Of a stretch of DNA of 64,000 nt, positions 21,500-31,027 are shown one piece after another. The stretch spans positions 672,001 to 736,000 of the forward strand of contig CAWCLO010000010.1 in NCBI GenBank assembly GCA_963796455.1, in the 5' to 3' direction. Positions within the stretch are counted from its first letter, which is position 1, and each line of letters begins with the position of its first letter. Made by a program: the position numbers and the translations under genes. The notes below the pieces were generated by a model. It was given only the letters and a program-made list of their open reading frames with translations. It searched no databases and was not told where the DNA came from. This DNA is from Candidatus Sulfomarinibacteraceae bacterium. Its GTDB lineage: Bacteria > Acidobacteriota > Thermoanaerobaculia > Thermoanaerobaculales > Sulfomarinibacteraceae.

Positions 21500-22513
21500 A
21501 TGCTTGTTGACTCAGTTCGGATCACGGTGCGCGCCGGCAACGGCGGCAATGGCTGCGTGTCATTTCGGCGCGAGAAATTCGTCCCCCGGGGTGGTCCGAA
21601 TGGTGGTGACGGCGGTCGCGGCGGCGACGTCATCCTGGTGGTCGACGAAGGCATCAATACCCTGCTCCATCTCCACCATCGGCGCCACGTCCGTGCCGAG
21701 GCCGGCAAGCACGGTCAGGGTTCCAACAAGACCGGCGCCGGCGGCGATGATGTCTGCGTTCAGGTTCCGCCCGGGACGATCGTGCGCGATGCATCCACCG
21801 GTGAATCCATGGGTGATCTGGTGAATCAAGGCCAAGAACTGGTGGTGGCGAAGGGCGGCAAGGGAGGGCGCGGCAATACCCGTTTTTCTTCGTCGACCAA
21901 TCGGGTCCCCCGCAAAGCGGAGGATGGTGCGCCGGGCGAGAATCTCGATCTCGATCTCGAACTCAAGCTTCTGGCCGATGTCGGCCTGGTCGGGCTGCCC
22001 AATGCCGGAAAATCGACCCTGTTGTCGCGGTTGTCGGCCGCTCGCCCCAAGATTGCCGATTATCCCTTCACGACTCTCGAGCCCCATCTCGGCGTGGTTT
22101 CCGCGCCGGATGACGAGTTGCGAACCCTCGTGATGGCGGATATTCCGGGCATCATCGAGGGCGCTTCCGACGGGGCCGGGCTGGGCGCACAGTTCTTGCG
22201 CCATATCGAGAGGTGTCCGGTGCTCGCCCACCTGGTGGATCTCTCATCTGAGGAGCCCCTCACCGAACGGGTTGATACTATTCGAGCCGAACTCGAGGCG
22301 CACCCGGCTCCGCTCGAGCAGCGGCCGTGGTTGCTGATTGGCACCAAGCTCGACACTGTTGGCGATCGTGAGGCAGCTCTTGCGGAGCTTGAAAAAGTGG
22401 CGGCTGCCAATGGGGCATCATCGATGGCGATTTCGGCGGTGACCGGCGAATCCGTCGACCGGCTCCTGGGTCGACTCTTCGTGTTGGTTGAGGAGGTTCG
22501 GAACCGTTCATGA
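21500..22513 (+). CDS. obgE: GTPase ObgE
   Basis: FRREKFVPRGGPNGGDGG, GLPNAGKST, YPFTTL, DIPGIIEGA. Confidence 0.97.
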   Translation: MLVDSVRITVRAGNGGNGCVSFRREKFVPRGGPNGGDGGRGGDVILVVDEGINTLLHLHHRRHVRAEAGKHGQGSNKTGAGGDDVCVQVPPGTIVRDASTGESMGDLVNQGQELVVAKGGKGGRGNTRFSSSTNRVPRKAEDGAPGENLDLDLELKLLADVGLVGLPNAGKSTLLSRLSAARPKIADYPFTTLEPHLGVVSAPDDELRTLVMADIPGIIEGASDGAGLGAQFLRHIERCPVLAHLVDLSSEEPLTERVDTIRAELEAHPAPLEQRPWLLIGTKLDTVGDREAALAELEKVAAANGASSMAISAVTGESVDRLLGRLFVLVEEVRNRS

Positions 22514-23178
22514 CAGAACGAATTGCAATCTACGGCGGAAGTTTTGATCCATTCCACCTCGGGCATCTGGTCCCGACGGTCCGTGCCCAGGAGACCTTTC
22601 AATTCCAGGCGGTGTATTTCGTGCCCGCGGGTTCGCCGCCGCACAAGCACTCGGCCCCGTTGACCCCGGTCACCCACCGGTTGGCGATGGTGGCAATGGC
22701 TACCCTGCCGTACGAGAATTTCTATACCTCCGACGACGAGGTCTTTGCACCGCAACCCACCTATTCGGTGGAGACCGTTCGCCGCTTTCAGACCAGATTT
22801 CCGGACAGCACGCTCTATTTCATTCTCGGTTCCGACTCCTTTTCTCAGATCCAGACCTGGGAGTTGTGGGAAGAACTTGTTGAATCGGTTCACCTGGTTG
22901 TCCTCCACCGCGCCCATATGTGGGGAGACGAACTGGCCGCTCGAGTGCCCAAACGGCTGCTGCCTCGCCTGCGGGTGGTGGAGCCCTTCGAAGAGGTTCC
23001 GGACCCCGAAGACCTTACGGTCTACCTGCTCAATCACGAGCCCTTCCCGATCTCCGGAACCTCGATCCGGGCCCGCGAGAGTCGCGGCCTTCCGATCCGT
23101 GAGTTGGTACCGCATGAGGTCCACACCTATATTGAGAAGTACGGCCTCTATGGACCCAATCCAAAGGTGGTGGACTGA
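22510..23178 (+). CDS. nadD: nicotinate-nucleotide adenylyltransferase
   Basis: GGSFDPFHLGH, PPHK, FILGSD, ISGTSIR. Confidence 0.95.
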   Translation: MTERIAIYGGSFDPFHLGHLVPTVRAQETFQFQAVYFVPAGSPPHKHSAPLTPVTHRLAMVAMATLPYENFYTSDDEVFAPQPTYSVETVRRFQTRFPDSTLYFILGSDSFSQIQTWELWEELVESVHLVVLHRAHMWGDELAARVPKRLLPRLRVVEPFEEVPDPEDLTVYLLNHEPFPISGTSIRARESRGLPIRELVPHEVHTYIEKYGLYGPNPKVVD

Positions 23179-23558
23179 TGTCGGAAACCGATTTTTTGGC
23201 TCGTCTCCAGACGGCGGCCCGCGCCGCAGCTGACAAGAAAGCATTTCAAGTCATCGGTCTGGAGGTCGCCGGTTTGACCTCCTACACCGACCACCTGCTC
23301 ATCTGTTCGGGCGCCAGTGACCGCCAGGTGGCGGCCATCGCCGATGCGATCCAACGACAGCTCAGGGACGAGGGCCTTCGGCCGAACCACGTTGAAGGGG
23401 TGTCCCGTGCCGAGTGGGTCCTGATCGACTATGGTGATTTCGTTGTGCACGTCTTTACCGAAGAATGTCGTGCCTACTACGGCCTCGACGCTTTGTGGGG
23501 GGATGCGCAAAAACTCGACGCAGAGGCGCTCGGAATCGGGGAAGACGAGTCGTCGTGA
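23178..23558 (+). CDS. rsfS: ribosome silencing factor
   Basis: DKKA, WVLIDYGDFVVHVF, RAYYGLDALWGD; follows nadD. Confidence 0.95.
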   Translation: MSETDFLARLQTAARAAADKKAFQVIGLEVAGLTSYTDHLLICSGASDRQVAAIADAIQRQLRDEGLRPNHVEGVSRAEWVLIDYGDFVVHVFTEECRAYYGLDALWGDAQKLDAEALGIGEDESS

Positions 23559-24037
23559 AGATCAGGACGCTGTGGGTCGGACGCCGGTCGGCGAGCCCCT
23601 ACGAAAAGCAGATCGAAACCTATCGTCAGCGGGTCCAGCGTCGATGGCCCGCGGAAGATATCGCCATCAAAAGCGTCGCGGGCGGTCGCGACAAGGATCC
23701 CCGGCGGGCACTCGGCCTCGAGGCCGAGGCCATGCTGCAAAACCATAAGGCCGGTTGGCGACTGGTGGCGCTCGATGAGCGAGGCACCCAACGTGACAGC
23801 ACGGCTTTTGCGCGGTGGATCCATGAATTCGCCGAAACCGGTGGCGCGGGTCTGGTCTTTGCCATTGGCAGCGACCTCGGTCTCGACCCCCGCGTGCTTG
23901 AAGCATCTGATGAGAGTATCTCGTTGAGTCAAATGACTTTACCTCATCTGCTGGCGCGTCTTGTTTTGTGGGAACAGCTTTTTCGTGCCACCAGCATCCT
24001 CTCAGGTGGTGCGTATCATCGGGGTTTCGTACAATAG
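23555..24037 (+). CDS. rlmH: 23S rRNA pseudouridine-1915 N3-methyltransferase
   Basis: ALDERG, FAIGSDLG, SLSQMTLPHLLARLVLWEQLFRA, YHR. Confidence 0.93.
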   Translation: MKIRTLWVGRRSASPYEKQIETYRQRVQRRWPAEDIAIKSVAGGRDKDPRRALGLEAEAMLQNHKAGWRLVALDERGTQRDSTAFARWIHEFAETGGAGLVFAIGSDLGLDPRVLEASDESISLSQMTLPHLLARLVLWEQLFRATSILSGGAYHRGFVQ

Positions 24038-24112
24038 GGGGCGGTCACTTACGATTGAAAACAGCCGCGAGATATTGGTGGCCGCTGGCCCCCGATTCGG
24101 AGGATCGTCATC

Positions 24113-24466
24113 ATGAACAAAAGACAACGCGAAAAATATCGCAAACAGCTCTTGGCAAAAAGAGAAGAACTTCTGGAACGCGTCAAGGCCGCACGGACGA
24201 GCGAGAAAGAGGGATCGGGCAAAGAAGCGCCGGACCTCGGGGATCGTGCCTTGTCGACCGTTATTCGGGATCTGAGCTACCAGCTGACGGCCGGCGAACG
24301 GGATATCGTGCGCCGGGTCGATCTTGCCCTCGATCGCATTGAGGAGGGGAACTACGGGACCTGCGTCGAGTGCGGAAAGAAAGTCCTGCTCGGTCGCCTG
24401 GACGCGGTTCCGTGGGCCCGCCACTGCATCGATTGTCAGGAATTGCAGGACCGCGGAGAAATCTGA
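24113..24466 (+). CDS. DksA/TraR family C4 zinc-finger protein
   Basis: DLGDRA tip motif; YGTCVECG ... RLDAVPWARHCIDCQ. Confidence 0.92.
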   Translation: MNKRQREKYRKQLLAKREELLERVKAARTSEKEGSGKEAPDLGDRALSTVIRDLSYQLTAGERDIVRRVDLALDRIEEGNYGTCVECGKKVLLGRLDAVPWARHCIDCQELQDRGEI

Positions 24467-24493
24467 GGGATTGCGGTACTCCGCGGCCTGAAC

Positions 24494-25669
24494 ATGGCCC
24501 ACGTCCACCTTATTGCGTCGCCTGACGACTATCTCCTCAACGAAGAGATCAAACAGATCCTGCCAAGGGTTTGCAGCGAACTCGGTGGAGTGGAGCCAGA
24601 ATACATGCCCGACGACACCAGCCCCGAGTTGCTGGCGGTCGAGTTGTGTTCGCCCTCCCTTTTTGCGCCCCAGAGAGTCCTCGTGATCAGCGAGGCGCGG
24701 CAGTGGGTCGACGTGCCGTCGCCGAACAAGCAATATCGGCCACCGCCCGGGACCGGCCCGGCGGAAATCGATGCTTCGGCTGTGACCCATGTGCTCGATG
24801 AGGGACTGTCGGACGACATCGCGTTGATCCTTCGGGTGCAGTGCCAGGCCAAACCCAAAGGTGATCTGGTGGCCGCGATCGAAAAATCGGGGCATCTTCA
24901 CTGGCAACCGGTGCCGCCACCGCCAAAGCCCTGGGAAGATGCGGTGGTTTCCAAGGAACAGGTGGCGGTTCTGCGCGCTGTGATCGCCCGGGAAGCGCCC
25001 TCGGTAGGTTTTGCCCCTGCGGCGGAACGATTGCTCTTCGAACGCCTCGGTTTTGCGCCCCGTCTGCTCGCCTCCGAGGTCGGCAAACTTGCGGCGGCGG
25101 CAAGCGGCGACGAGGTCGACGTGGATCTTGTGCGCCGATTGAGCTTTCCACGGGAGGGTTCCCTCGAAGAGGCATTTGACGCCCTGCTCGATCGAAGGGT
25201 GGCACCGGTCCTTGAAATTCTTTCTGCCGCAGAGGGTGGTCTTCCGGTGCGCGATCTCCAGGGTCGATTGATGACCGAAAAGGCGGTCTATTTTGCCCTC
25301 GCCGGACAGGCCACGAAGGTCTTCCAACAACTGCTGTATCTCCGTCTGCTCGGCGAGCGAGAGGGCTTTCTCGCTGAGATGGCTCCGGACCGGACAGCGG
25401 CAGGTGCGTGGTATCCGAAGCGATTCAAAGACGGGATCGGACCCAGACTCCAGGAAGCCCTCAAGACCGATGCTCCCTCCCCTCTCGTGCCGCCGGGAGG
25501 CAGATCGCCGACGGTTTTTGCGCTCGGAAAGCTCTTTCGGGCCGGTGGTCGCTACACCACCGATGAGCTCCGCGCTTCGCTTGTCGATCTCGGGGCGCTG
25601 GAGGCGGACCTGCGTGGCGACGCCAAGTTGGAAGCGCTGTCGGTCTGGTTTTCGGGCGTTCTGAGCTGA
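24494..25669 (+). CDS. holA: probable DNA polymerase III delta subunit (divergent)
   Basis: DDYLL N-terminus, SPSLFAPQRVLVI, LLASEVGKL, C-terminal EADLRG. Confidence 0.65.
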   Translation: MAHVHLIASPDDYLLNEEIKQILPRVCSELGGVEPEYMPDDTSPELLAVELCSPSLFAPQRVLVISEARQWVDVPSPNKQYRPPPGTGPAEIDASAVTHVLDEGLSDDIALILRVQCQAKPKGDLVAAIEKSGHLHWQPVPPPPKPWEDAVVSKEQVAVLRAVIAREAPSVGFAPAAERLLFERLGFAPRLLASEVGKLAAAASGDEVDVDLVRRLSFPREGSLEEAFDALLDRRVAPVLEILSAAEGGLPVRDLQGRLMTEKAVYFALAGQATKVFQQLLYLRLLGEREGFLAEMAPDRTAAGAWYPKRFKDGIGPRLQEALKTDAPSPLVPPGGRSPTVFALGKLFRAGGRYTTDELRASLVDLGALEADLRGDAKLEALSVWFSGVLS

Positions 25670-25751
25670 TTGGAGCTCGGTGGGCCGTGACGAGGTCCCA
25701 TCACCATCCCGAAATGCGATACGATGAATACCTTCATTCATTGGAGGTCAT

Positions 25752-27038
25752 GTGACGGACAGCGCGCGGGAATCGACCGAGGAGCGCTTGGCGAAGAGCC
25801 AACAACGGGTTCGCCGGCTCGAAGCCGTGGTGGAGGCGAGCCTGATGGTGAACTCCACCCTCGATCTCACGGAACTCGCCGAGCACATCATCGATATCGC
25901 GACCCGTCTGGTCAACGCCGAGCGCGGCTCGCTTTTTCTGGTTGACGGGGAAAGCGGCAGTCTCCAGGCCCTCGTCGCCCAGGGCGTCGCACAGGGTTCC
26001 CTGCGACTGGCGATCGGTGAAGGCATCGTCGGAGCCGTCGCGGCATCCGGTGAGGCGGAGATCCTGGACGACCCTTACGATGATTCCCGTTTCGATCCCA
26101 GCGTCGATCGGGCCACCGGCTTTCAGACCCGCTCGTTGCTGACGGTTCCGGTGCGTGATCGCGACGGGTCTTTGACGGCGGTCCTGCAGTTGCTCAATCA
26201 CGGGGGGGGCGGTTTTTCCCGCGAGGACATCGAGTTTCTGGCTGAACTCGGCGTTCCCTTCGCCATCGCACTGACGACCGTCCGGATGCATGGAGAGATT
26301 GTCGCCAGTGAGCGGCTCGAGCGGGAAATGCGTCTCGCGGCTGAAATTCAGCGCGCCCTGCAACCGGTAGGTCGAGCGACCATTCCCGGTCTCGAAATCG
26401 ATGTCCTGTTCCGACCCAGCCGCCAGGTCGGGGGAGATTACTGGGATGTCATTCCTCTCGGCGAGAACCGGTGGTGGATCGTGGTCGGCGATGTCTCGGG
26501 CAAGGGGGTGGCGGCGGGTCTGGTGGCCTCCAACATCCAGGCATGTCTGTGGAGTCGCCGCAGCGCGCTCGCCCCGCTCAACGAGATCATGGCTGATGTC
26601 AACGATCTGCTCGGGCGCCTGACCCGCGGCCGCAAGTACGCGACCCTCGTCGTGGCGGAGTGGAATGCGGATCGCGAAACCCTCTCCTGGGTCAATGCGG
26701 GCCACCCCCCCCTGCTGCACGAACGAGAGGGAGAGGTGCGCGATTTCGGGGCCACCGGTCGTCCCATCGGTTTGCTCGAGAATCAGCACTACACCCGTGA
26801 TGGTTTTGTTCTCGAGGAGGGCGACACCGTGTTGCTCTATTCCGACGGTGTCCTCGAGGCGGAGGGCGCTACCGATGGTGCCGAGTTCGGTCTCGAGAAT
26901 ATTCGTCGGCACCTGCCCGGAGAGGGCGGGCCCCATGGGGCGGTGGTTCGGATCTCGGAGGCCGTCAACGCCCACCTCGGCGGCAACGATCCCGGGGACG
27001 ACATCACCATGGTGTGTTTTCGCCGATCGCGGGGGTGA
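25752..27038 (+). CDS. GAF domain plus SpoIIE/PP2C serine phosphatase
   Basis: GAF (RFDPSVDRATGFQTRSLL); VGGDYWD, GDVSGKGVAA, NAGH, YSDGV, DDIT. Confidence 0.92.
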   Translation: MTDSARESTEERLAKSQQRVRRLEAVVEASLMVNSTLDLTELAEHIIDIATRLVNAERGSLFLVDGESGSLQALVAQGVAQGSLRLAIGEGIVGAVAASGEAEILDDPYDDSRFDPSVDRATGFQTRSLLTVPVRDRDGSLTAVLQLLNHGGGGFSREDIEFLAELGVPFAIALTTVRMHGEIVASERLEREMRLAAEIQRALQPVGRATIPGLEIDVLFRPSRQVGGDYWDVIPLGENRWWIVVGDVSGKGVAAGLVASNIQACLWSRRSALAPLNEIMADVNDLLGRLTRGRKYATLVVAEWNADRETLSWVNAGHPPLLHEREGEVRDFGATGRPIGLLENQHYTRDGFVLEEGDTVLLYSDGVLEAEGATDGAEFGLENIRRHLPGEGGPHGAVVRISEAVNAHLGGNDPGDDITMVCFRRSRG

Positions 27039-27161
27039 GTTCGAAGACGTCCCCGCATCGGCACGACAACCTGTTTTTTTCGTTGAAAGAGACGCAAAGA
27101 CGCGAAGCACTGCCAAGGTTTTTTCCGGACACGCATCTCCGAGACGATGTTTCTGGCCAAT

Positions 27162-27326
27162 GTTCAGGGACAGCGACAGCGAAAGCAGACAGCGTCGCGA
27201 CAGGAAGTAGTCAGCGTCAGTCCTCAGCGACAGCTTCAGCAATCAGCGAACAGCCTTCACTTCGCCGACTGGACTCCTGATCGCTGAACCCCGCCGCTGC
27301 CGCTGAACCCTGTCGCTGCCGCTGAA
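27162..27326. repeat. inverted degenerate CAGCGA/TCGCTG hexamer arrays (same family as 20358-20716)
   Basis: Left arm 27162-27255, right arm 27276-27326; reverse complement of 27262-27286 matches 20480-20504 at 24/25. Confidence 0.78.
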
Positions 27327-27411
27327 ATTCGGGATCGGGACAACCGCGAATCGGAAATGGCAAAAACCAACCCGACTCCAATGTGCTTGGGTAAAGTAAA
27401 CTCGTTCCACC

Positions 27412-28791
27412 ATGGCAAAGCAAGAAACAGTGTGGATCGTGGACGATGACTCGGCGATTCGCGAATTGCTCTCGTTCATCATCGCCGAGGCGGGGTATGA
27501 GGTCGATGTCTTTTCTTCGGGTGCGGAGGTCCTGGCAAACTCCGGGCCACCACCGAGCGCCGTTCTGCTCGATCTCATGATGCCGGGGGTCGATGGTGTG
27601 GAGGTGCTCAAAGAGCTCAAACGGCAGCATCCCAAGCTGCCGGTGCTCATGATCACCGCCGACAACGATATCCAGCGCGCGGTGGAACTGACCAAGCTCG
27701 GGGCCTACGACTACCTGGTCAAACCGGTCGATCAGGAGCGTCTGATCACGACCCTTGGGCGTGCGCTCTCGCACGGTTCCCTCGAGAAGGAGGTGGCTCG
27801 GCTCAAGGAGCAACTCTCCGACCGCTATCACCTGCGGAATATCGTCGGCTCCTCGGCCGCGATGCGCAAGGTCTACGATCAGATCGAGAAAGTCCTCGAG
27901 TCCGAAATCACGGTCTTTATCAACGGTGAGAGCGGCACCGGCAAGGAGTTGGTGGCCAAGGCAGTCCACTACGCCTCGTTGCGCTCCGACGGCCCCTTCA
28001 TCGATGTGAACTGTGCGGCGATTCCCGATGGCCTCCAGGAGAGTGAGCTCTTCGGCCACGAAAAGGGGGCGTTCACCGGTGCCGTTGCCACCCACCCGGG
28101 CAAGTTCGAACAGGCCACGAAAGGGACCATTTTTCTCGATGAGATCGGCGAGATGTCGCCATCGGCGCAGGCCCGCCTTCTCCGCGTGCTCCAAGAGCGT
28201 GTGCTGCAGCGGGTCGGCGGAACCGACACGATCGAGCTGGACGTGCGGGTCATCTCGGCCTCCAACAGGAATCTGGCGGAGATGGTCGAGGAGGGGTCAT
28301 TCCGCCAGGATCTCTTCTACCGGTTGGTGGTCTTTCCGATTTCCCTTCCGCCGTTGCGCGACCGGCGCGAAGACATCCCGCTTCTGGTTGACCATTTTCT
28401 CGAGAAACACGCCCGCGACGCGGGCAAACGAATCACCCGGGTCGAAGCGCAGGCGATGGATGCGCTGGCCGGCCACGGGTGGCCGGGCAATGTGCGCGAG
28501 CTCGAAAACGTGATTCACCGCACGCTGTTGGTATCGGCCGGTCTCGAACTTACGGTTGACGACCTTCCGGTGGGTTTCGCCGGCGCCAGTGCGCCCGTCG
28601 TGTCCTCAACCGCCCGCTCGGCGCCAGAGGACGGTGCCGCCATGAGCCTCGAGGAGATGGAGCGGGCAGCCATCGTTGGCGCCATGGAGTCGAACCAGGG
28701 CAATCTCTCGGATGTGGCGCGGCAACTCGGTATCGGGCGCTCGACGCTGTACCGCAAGCTCGAACAATACGGGTTGCGGGAGAAAAAGTAG
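27412..28791 (+). CDS. sigma54-dependent response regulator (NtrC/AtoC family)
   Basis: Receiver domain; GESGTGKE, ESELFGHEKGAFTGA, FLDEIGE, WPGNVREL; Fis-type HTH. Confidence 0.95.
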   Translation: MAKQETVWIVDDDSAIRELLSFIIAEAGYEVDVFSSGAEVLANSGPPPSAVLLDLMMPGVDGVEVLKELKRQHPKLPVLMITADNDIQRAVELTKLGAYDYLVKPVDQERLITTLGRALSHGSLEKEVARLKEQLSDRYHLRNIVGSSAAMRKVYDQIEKVLESEITVFINGESGTGKELVAKAVHYASLRSDGPFIDVNCAAIPDGLQESELFGHEKGAFTGAVATHPGKFEQATKGTIFLDEIGEMSPSAQARLLRVLQERVLQRVGGTDTIELDVRVISASNRNLAEMVEEGSFRQDLFYRLVVFPISLPPLRDRREDIPLLVDHFLEKHARDAGKRITRVEAQAMDALAGHGWPGNVRELENVIHRTLLVSAGLELTVDDLPVGFAGASAPVVSSTARSAPEDGAAMSLEEMERAAIVGAMESNQGNLSDVARQLGIGRSTLYRKLEQYGLREKK

Positions 28792-28799
28792 CCGATTAC

Positions 28800-28905
28800 G
28801 AGTTCGGAATTCGGAATTCGGAGATTTCACACTCCGTCCCTCAGCGCTCAGAGAATCTCGGCTAGCGGAGCTGCATTCCAAACTCCGAACTCCGCCCTCC
28901 GAACT
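28800..28905. repeat. inverted heptamer arrays (GARTTCG)n ... (CTCCGAA)n between convergent genes
   Basis: GAGTTCG GAATTCG GAATTCG GAG ... ATTCCAA ACTCCGA ACTCCGC CCTCCGA ACT. Confidence 0.8.
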
Positions 28906-28907
28906 GG

Positions 28908-29981
28908 CTAGAGGACGTCATCCCAGCCTTTTTGGTGGAGGGCCTCGACCACCGCTTTGACGCGTTGGCATTGATCCTTGGGCACGACCAATACGGCGTC
29001 CGGGGTTGCAACCACCACCAGATCGTCGACGCCGACCACCGAGACCACCGGTCCGGTGCTGACCACGACGTTGCCGAATGCTTCCACCGCGAGGCCGCGA
29101 CCGCGAATGGCGTTGGCCTGCTGGTCCGCGGGAATGGTGTCGGCGGCGGCGGCCCACGAACCGATATCGGACCATGGGAAGTCCACCGGCATGGTCCAGC
29201 ATTGGCGGGCACCCTCCATGATTCCGAAATCCACGGAAGTCGAGGGCAGGGTCGGATAGGTTGAATCGAGGACCGACGCCTCGTCGGGTTGTCCCAGGGA
29301 TTCGGCAATCCGTTGCAGCCCGTGGCCGAGATCGGGAAGTTGCCTGGAGATCTCTTCGAGCAGATCAGCCGCTCGCCAGGCGAAGATCCCGGCGTTCCAC
29401 AAGTACTTGCCGGAGGCCACATAGGCGCGGGCGTCTTCGAGATCAGGTTTTTCGACAAATCGTTCGAGCAAATGAATCGTCCACTGATCCGCACGGGAGT
29501 GCTCGGCACCGACTTCGAGATAACCGTAGCCGGTCTCCGGGTGGGCCGGTTGGATGCCGAAGGTGAGGAGGCCGCCTTCCTGGCTGACCAACTCGGCGCC
29601 GGCGGCCATGGCCGACCGAAAGCGTGCTTCGTCGCCGATGATGTGGTCCGCGGGCAGCACGATGCAGGTGGCTTCAGGATCCCGGAGCAAGACCGCGTGG
29701 GCGGCGAATCCTGCACACGCCGCAGTGTTCCGGCCCACCGGTTCGGCCAAAACATTGCCCGCCGGGAGCTCCGGCAGCAGATCGTGAGTCGCCCGGGCCG
29801 TCGCGGCCGTGGTGACAACCCACACGCGCTCTGCCGGGACCAACCCTGCCAATCGATCAAAGGTCATTCGGAGCAGCGGTTGCTCGGTGGCCAGGGCAAG
29901 GAACTGTTTTGGGCGGTCGCGGCGTGAGGCCGGCCAGAAGCGGGTCCCCGAACCACCGGCCATGATGATTGCATGCAGCAT
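28908..29981 (-). CDS. manC: mannose-1-phosphate guanylyltransferase
   Basis: IMAGGSGTRFWPASR..PKQF, EPVGRNTA, LPADH, ETGYGY, FVEKPD, WNAGIF, WSDIGSW. Confidence 0.95.
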   Translation of the reverse strand: MLHAIIMAGGSGTRFWPASRRDRPKQFLALATEQPLLRMTFDRLAGLVPAERVWVVTTAATARATHDLLPELPAGNVLAEPVGRNTAACAGFAAHAVLLRDPEATCIVLPADHIIGDEARFRSAMAAGAELVSQEGGLLTFGIQPAHPETGYGYLEVGAEHSRADQWTIHLLERFVEKPDLEDARAYVASGKYLWNAGIFAWRAADLLEEISRQLPDLGHGLQRIAESLGQPDEASVLDSTYPTLPSTSVDFGIMEGARQCWTMPVDFPWSDIGSWAAAADTIPADQQANAIRGRGLAVEAFGNVVVSTGPVVSVVGVDDLVVVATPDAVLVVPKDQCQRVKAVVEALHQKGWDDVL

Positions 29982-30035
29982 GGGAGTATCTTATCCCGTT
30001 CCTGCCCGACCGTGTCCGCGTCCGCGCCCACTCCC

Positions 30036-30104
30036 GAGAAAGGGGGAAAGGGAGAAAGGGAGAAAGGGAGGAAAGGGGGAAAGGGGGAAAGGGGGAAAGG
30101 GGGA
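30036..30104. repeat. 69-nt pure purine tract of (GGGRGAAA)-like octamers
   Basis: Only A and G from 30036 to 30104; related copy at 47128-47150; inverted partner at 30934-30950. Confidence 0.9.
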
Positions 30105-30173
30105 CCGCACAATCGAGAACTCGGTGAGGTGTGGATCTTCCCTTCTCTTTGCAGCGAATGTTATCCTCCCGCG

Positions 30174-30881
30174 ATGGTTAACGGATTGAGGGCAATCACC
30201 TTTGACGCGGGAAATACCCTCCTGTTCTGCGATCCGAGTCCGGCGGAGATCTATGCCACCCACCTCAGTCGATTGGGGCGGCAGGTCCTGGCGGAGGATG
30301 TGGGTCCGGTCTTTGCCGAGGTGTGGTCTCTGATGCAACAGCAGAAGCGTCCGGAGTTGGACCGTTATGGATCGGTGCCGGGAGGGGAGAAGGCATGGTG
30401 GGGGCAATTCGTTCGCCGGGTTCTGATCCGTCTCGACCATGACGCTCCCTGGGAGCCGCTGCTCGAAAACCTCTATGCGGCCTTTGCCGACGACGACGTG
30501 TGGAAGGTCTACCCGGATACGCGGCGCACCCTCGACCTGCTTGCCGAGCGAGGTCTGCGATTGGCGGTGATCTCCAACTGGGACCGGCGGCTCCCGGATA
30601 TCCTGCGATCCCTGAAGCTGACCGATTACTTCGAAGTCATCACCGTGTCGGCAATCGAGGGTGTGGAAAAACCGGCGCCCGACATTTTTTTGCGCTCGCT
30701 GAATAGGATGGATTTACCACCGGAGGAGGCCCTCCATATCGGCGACTCGCCCCTCGAGGACTACGAGGGAGCAACCGGAGCCGGTCTGCAAGCTCTCCTT
30801 ATTGACCGGAACGGACTTTTTGCGGGCTCCGAATACCATCGGGTCTCTGCTCTGTCGGAGATCCTCGATCTGATGGAGTGA
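30174..30881 (+). CDS. HAD-IA family hydrolase (HDHD3/REG-2-like)
   Basis: FDAGNTL, VISNWD, GVEKP, HIGDS..EDY.GA; the ORF-track N-terminal extension is repeat-derived. Confidence 0.9.
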   Translation: MVNGLRAITFDAGNTLLFCDPSPAEIYATHLSRLGRQVLAEDVGPVFAEVWSLMQQQKRPELDRYGSVPGGEKAWWGQFVRRVLIRLDHDAPWEPLLENLYAAFADDDVWKVYPDTRRTLDLLAERGLRLAVISNWDRRLPDILRSLKLTDYFEVITVSAIEGVEKPAPDIFLRSLNRMDLPPEEALHIGDSPLEDYEGATGAGLQALLIDRNGLFAGSEYHRVSALSEILDLME

Positions 30882-31027
30882 CTCGATACTTCGGCATGAA
30901 GGATTACTCCGTCTACCGTTCTCCCGCACTCCTCTTTCCCCCTTTCTCGGAACCGGATCTGCCATACTTCTCTGATGGATATGACGAATTGAGATACCAA
31001 TCCTCGCCCGGCGGCAAAACAACTTTG

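Noticed and set aside
24002..27242. Long antisense ORFs (579 aa, 502 aa; also 1846-3222, 5737-7110, 41907-43046, 51042-52889)
   Set aside because: Shadow frames opposite well-supported genes in GC-rich DNA, with no recognisable motifs
29973..30173. N-terminal GKGE/RKGG extension of the HAD ORF (likewise 1369-1482 and 30878-31027 extensions)
   Set aside because: Derived from repeats or intergenic DNA; family motifs or signal peptides begin at the downstream starts
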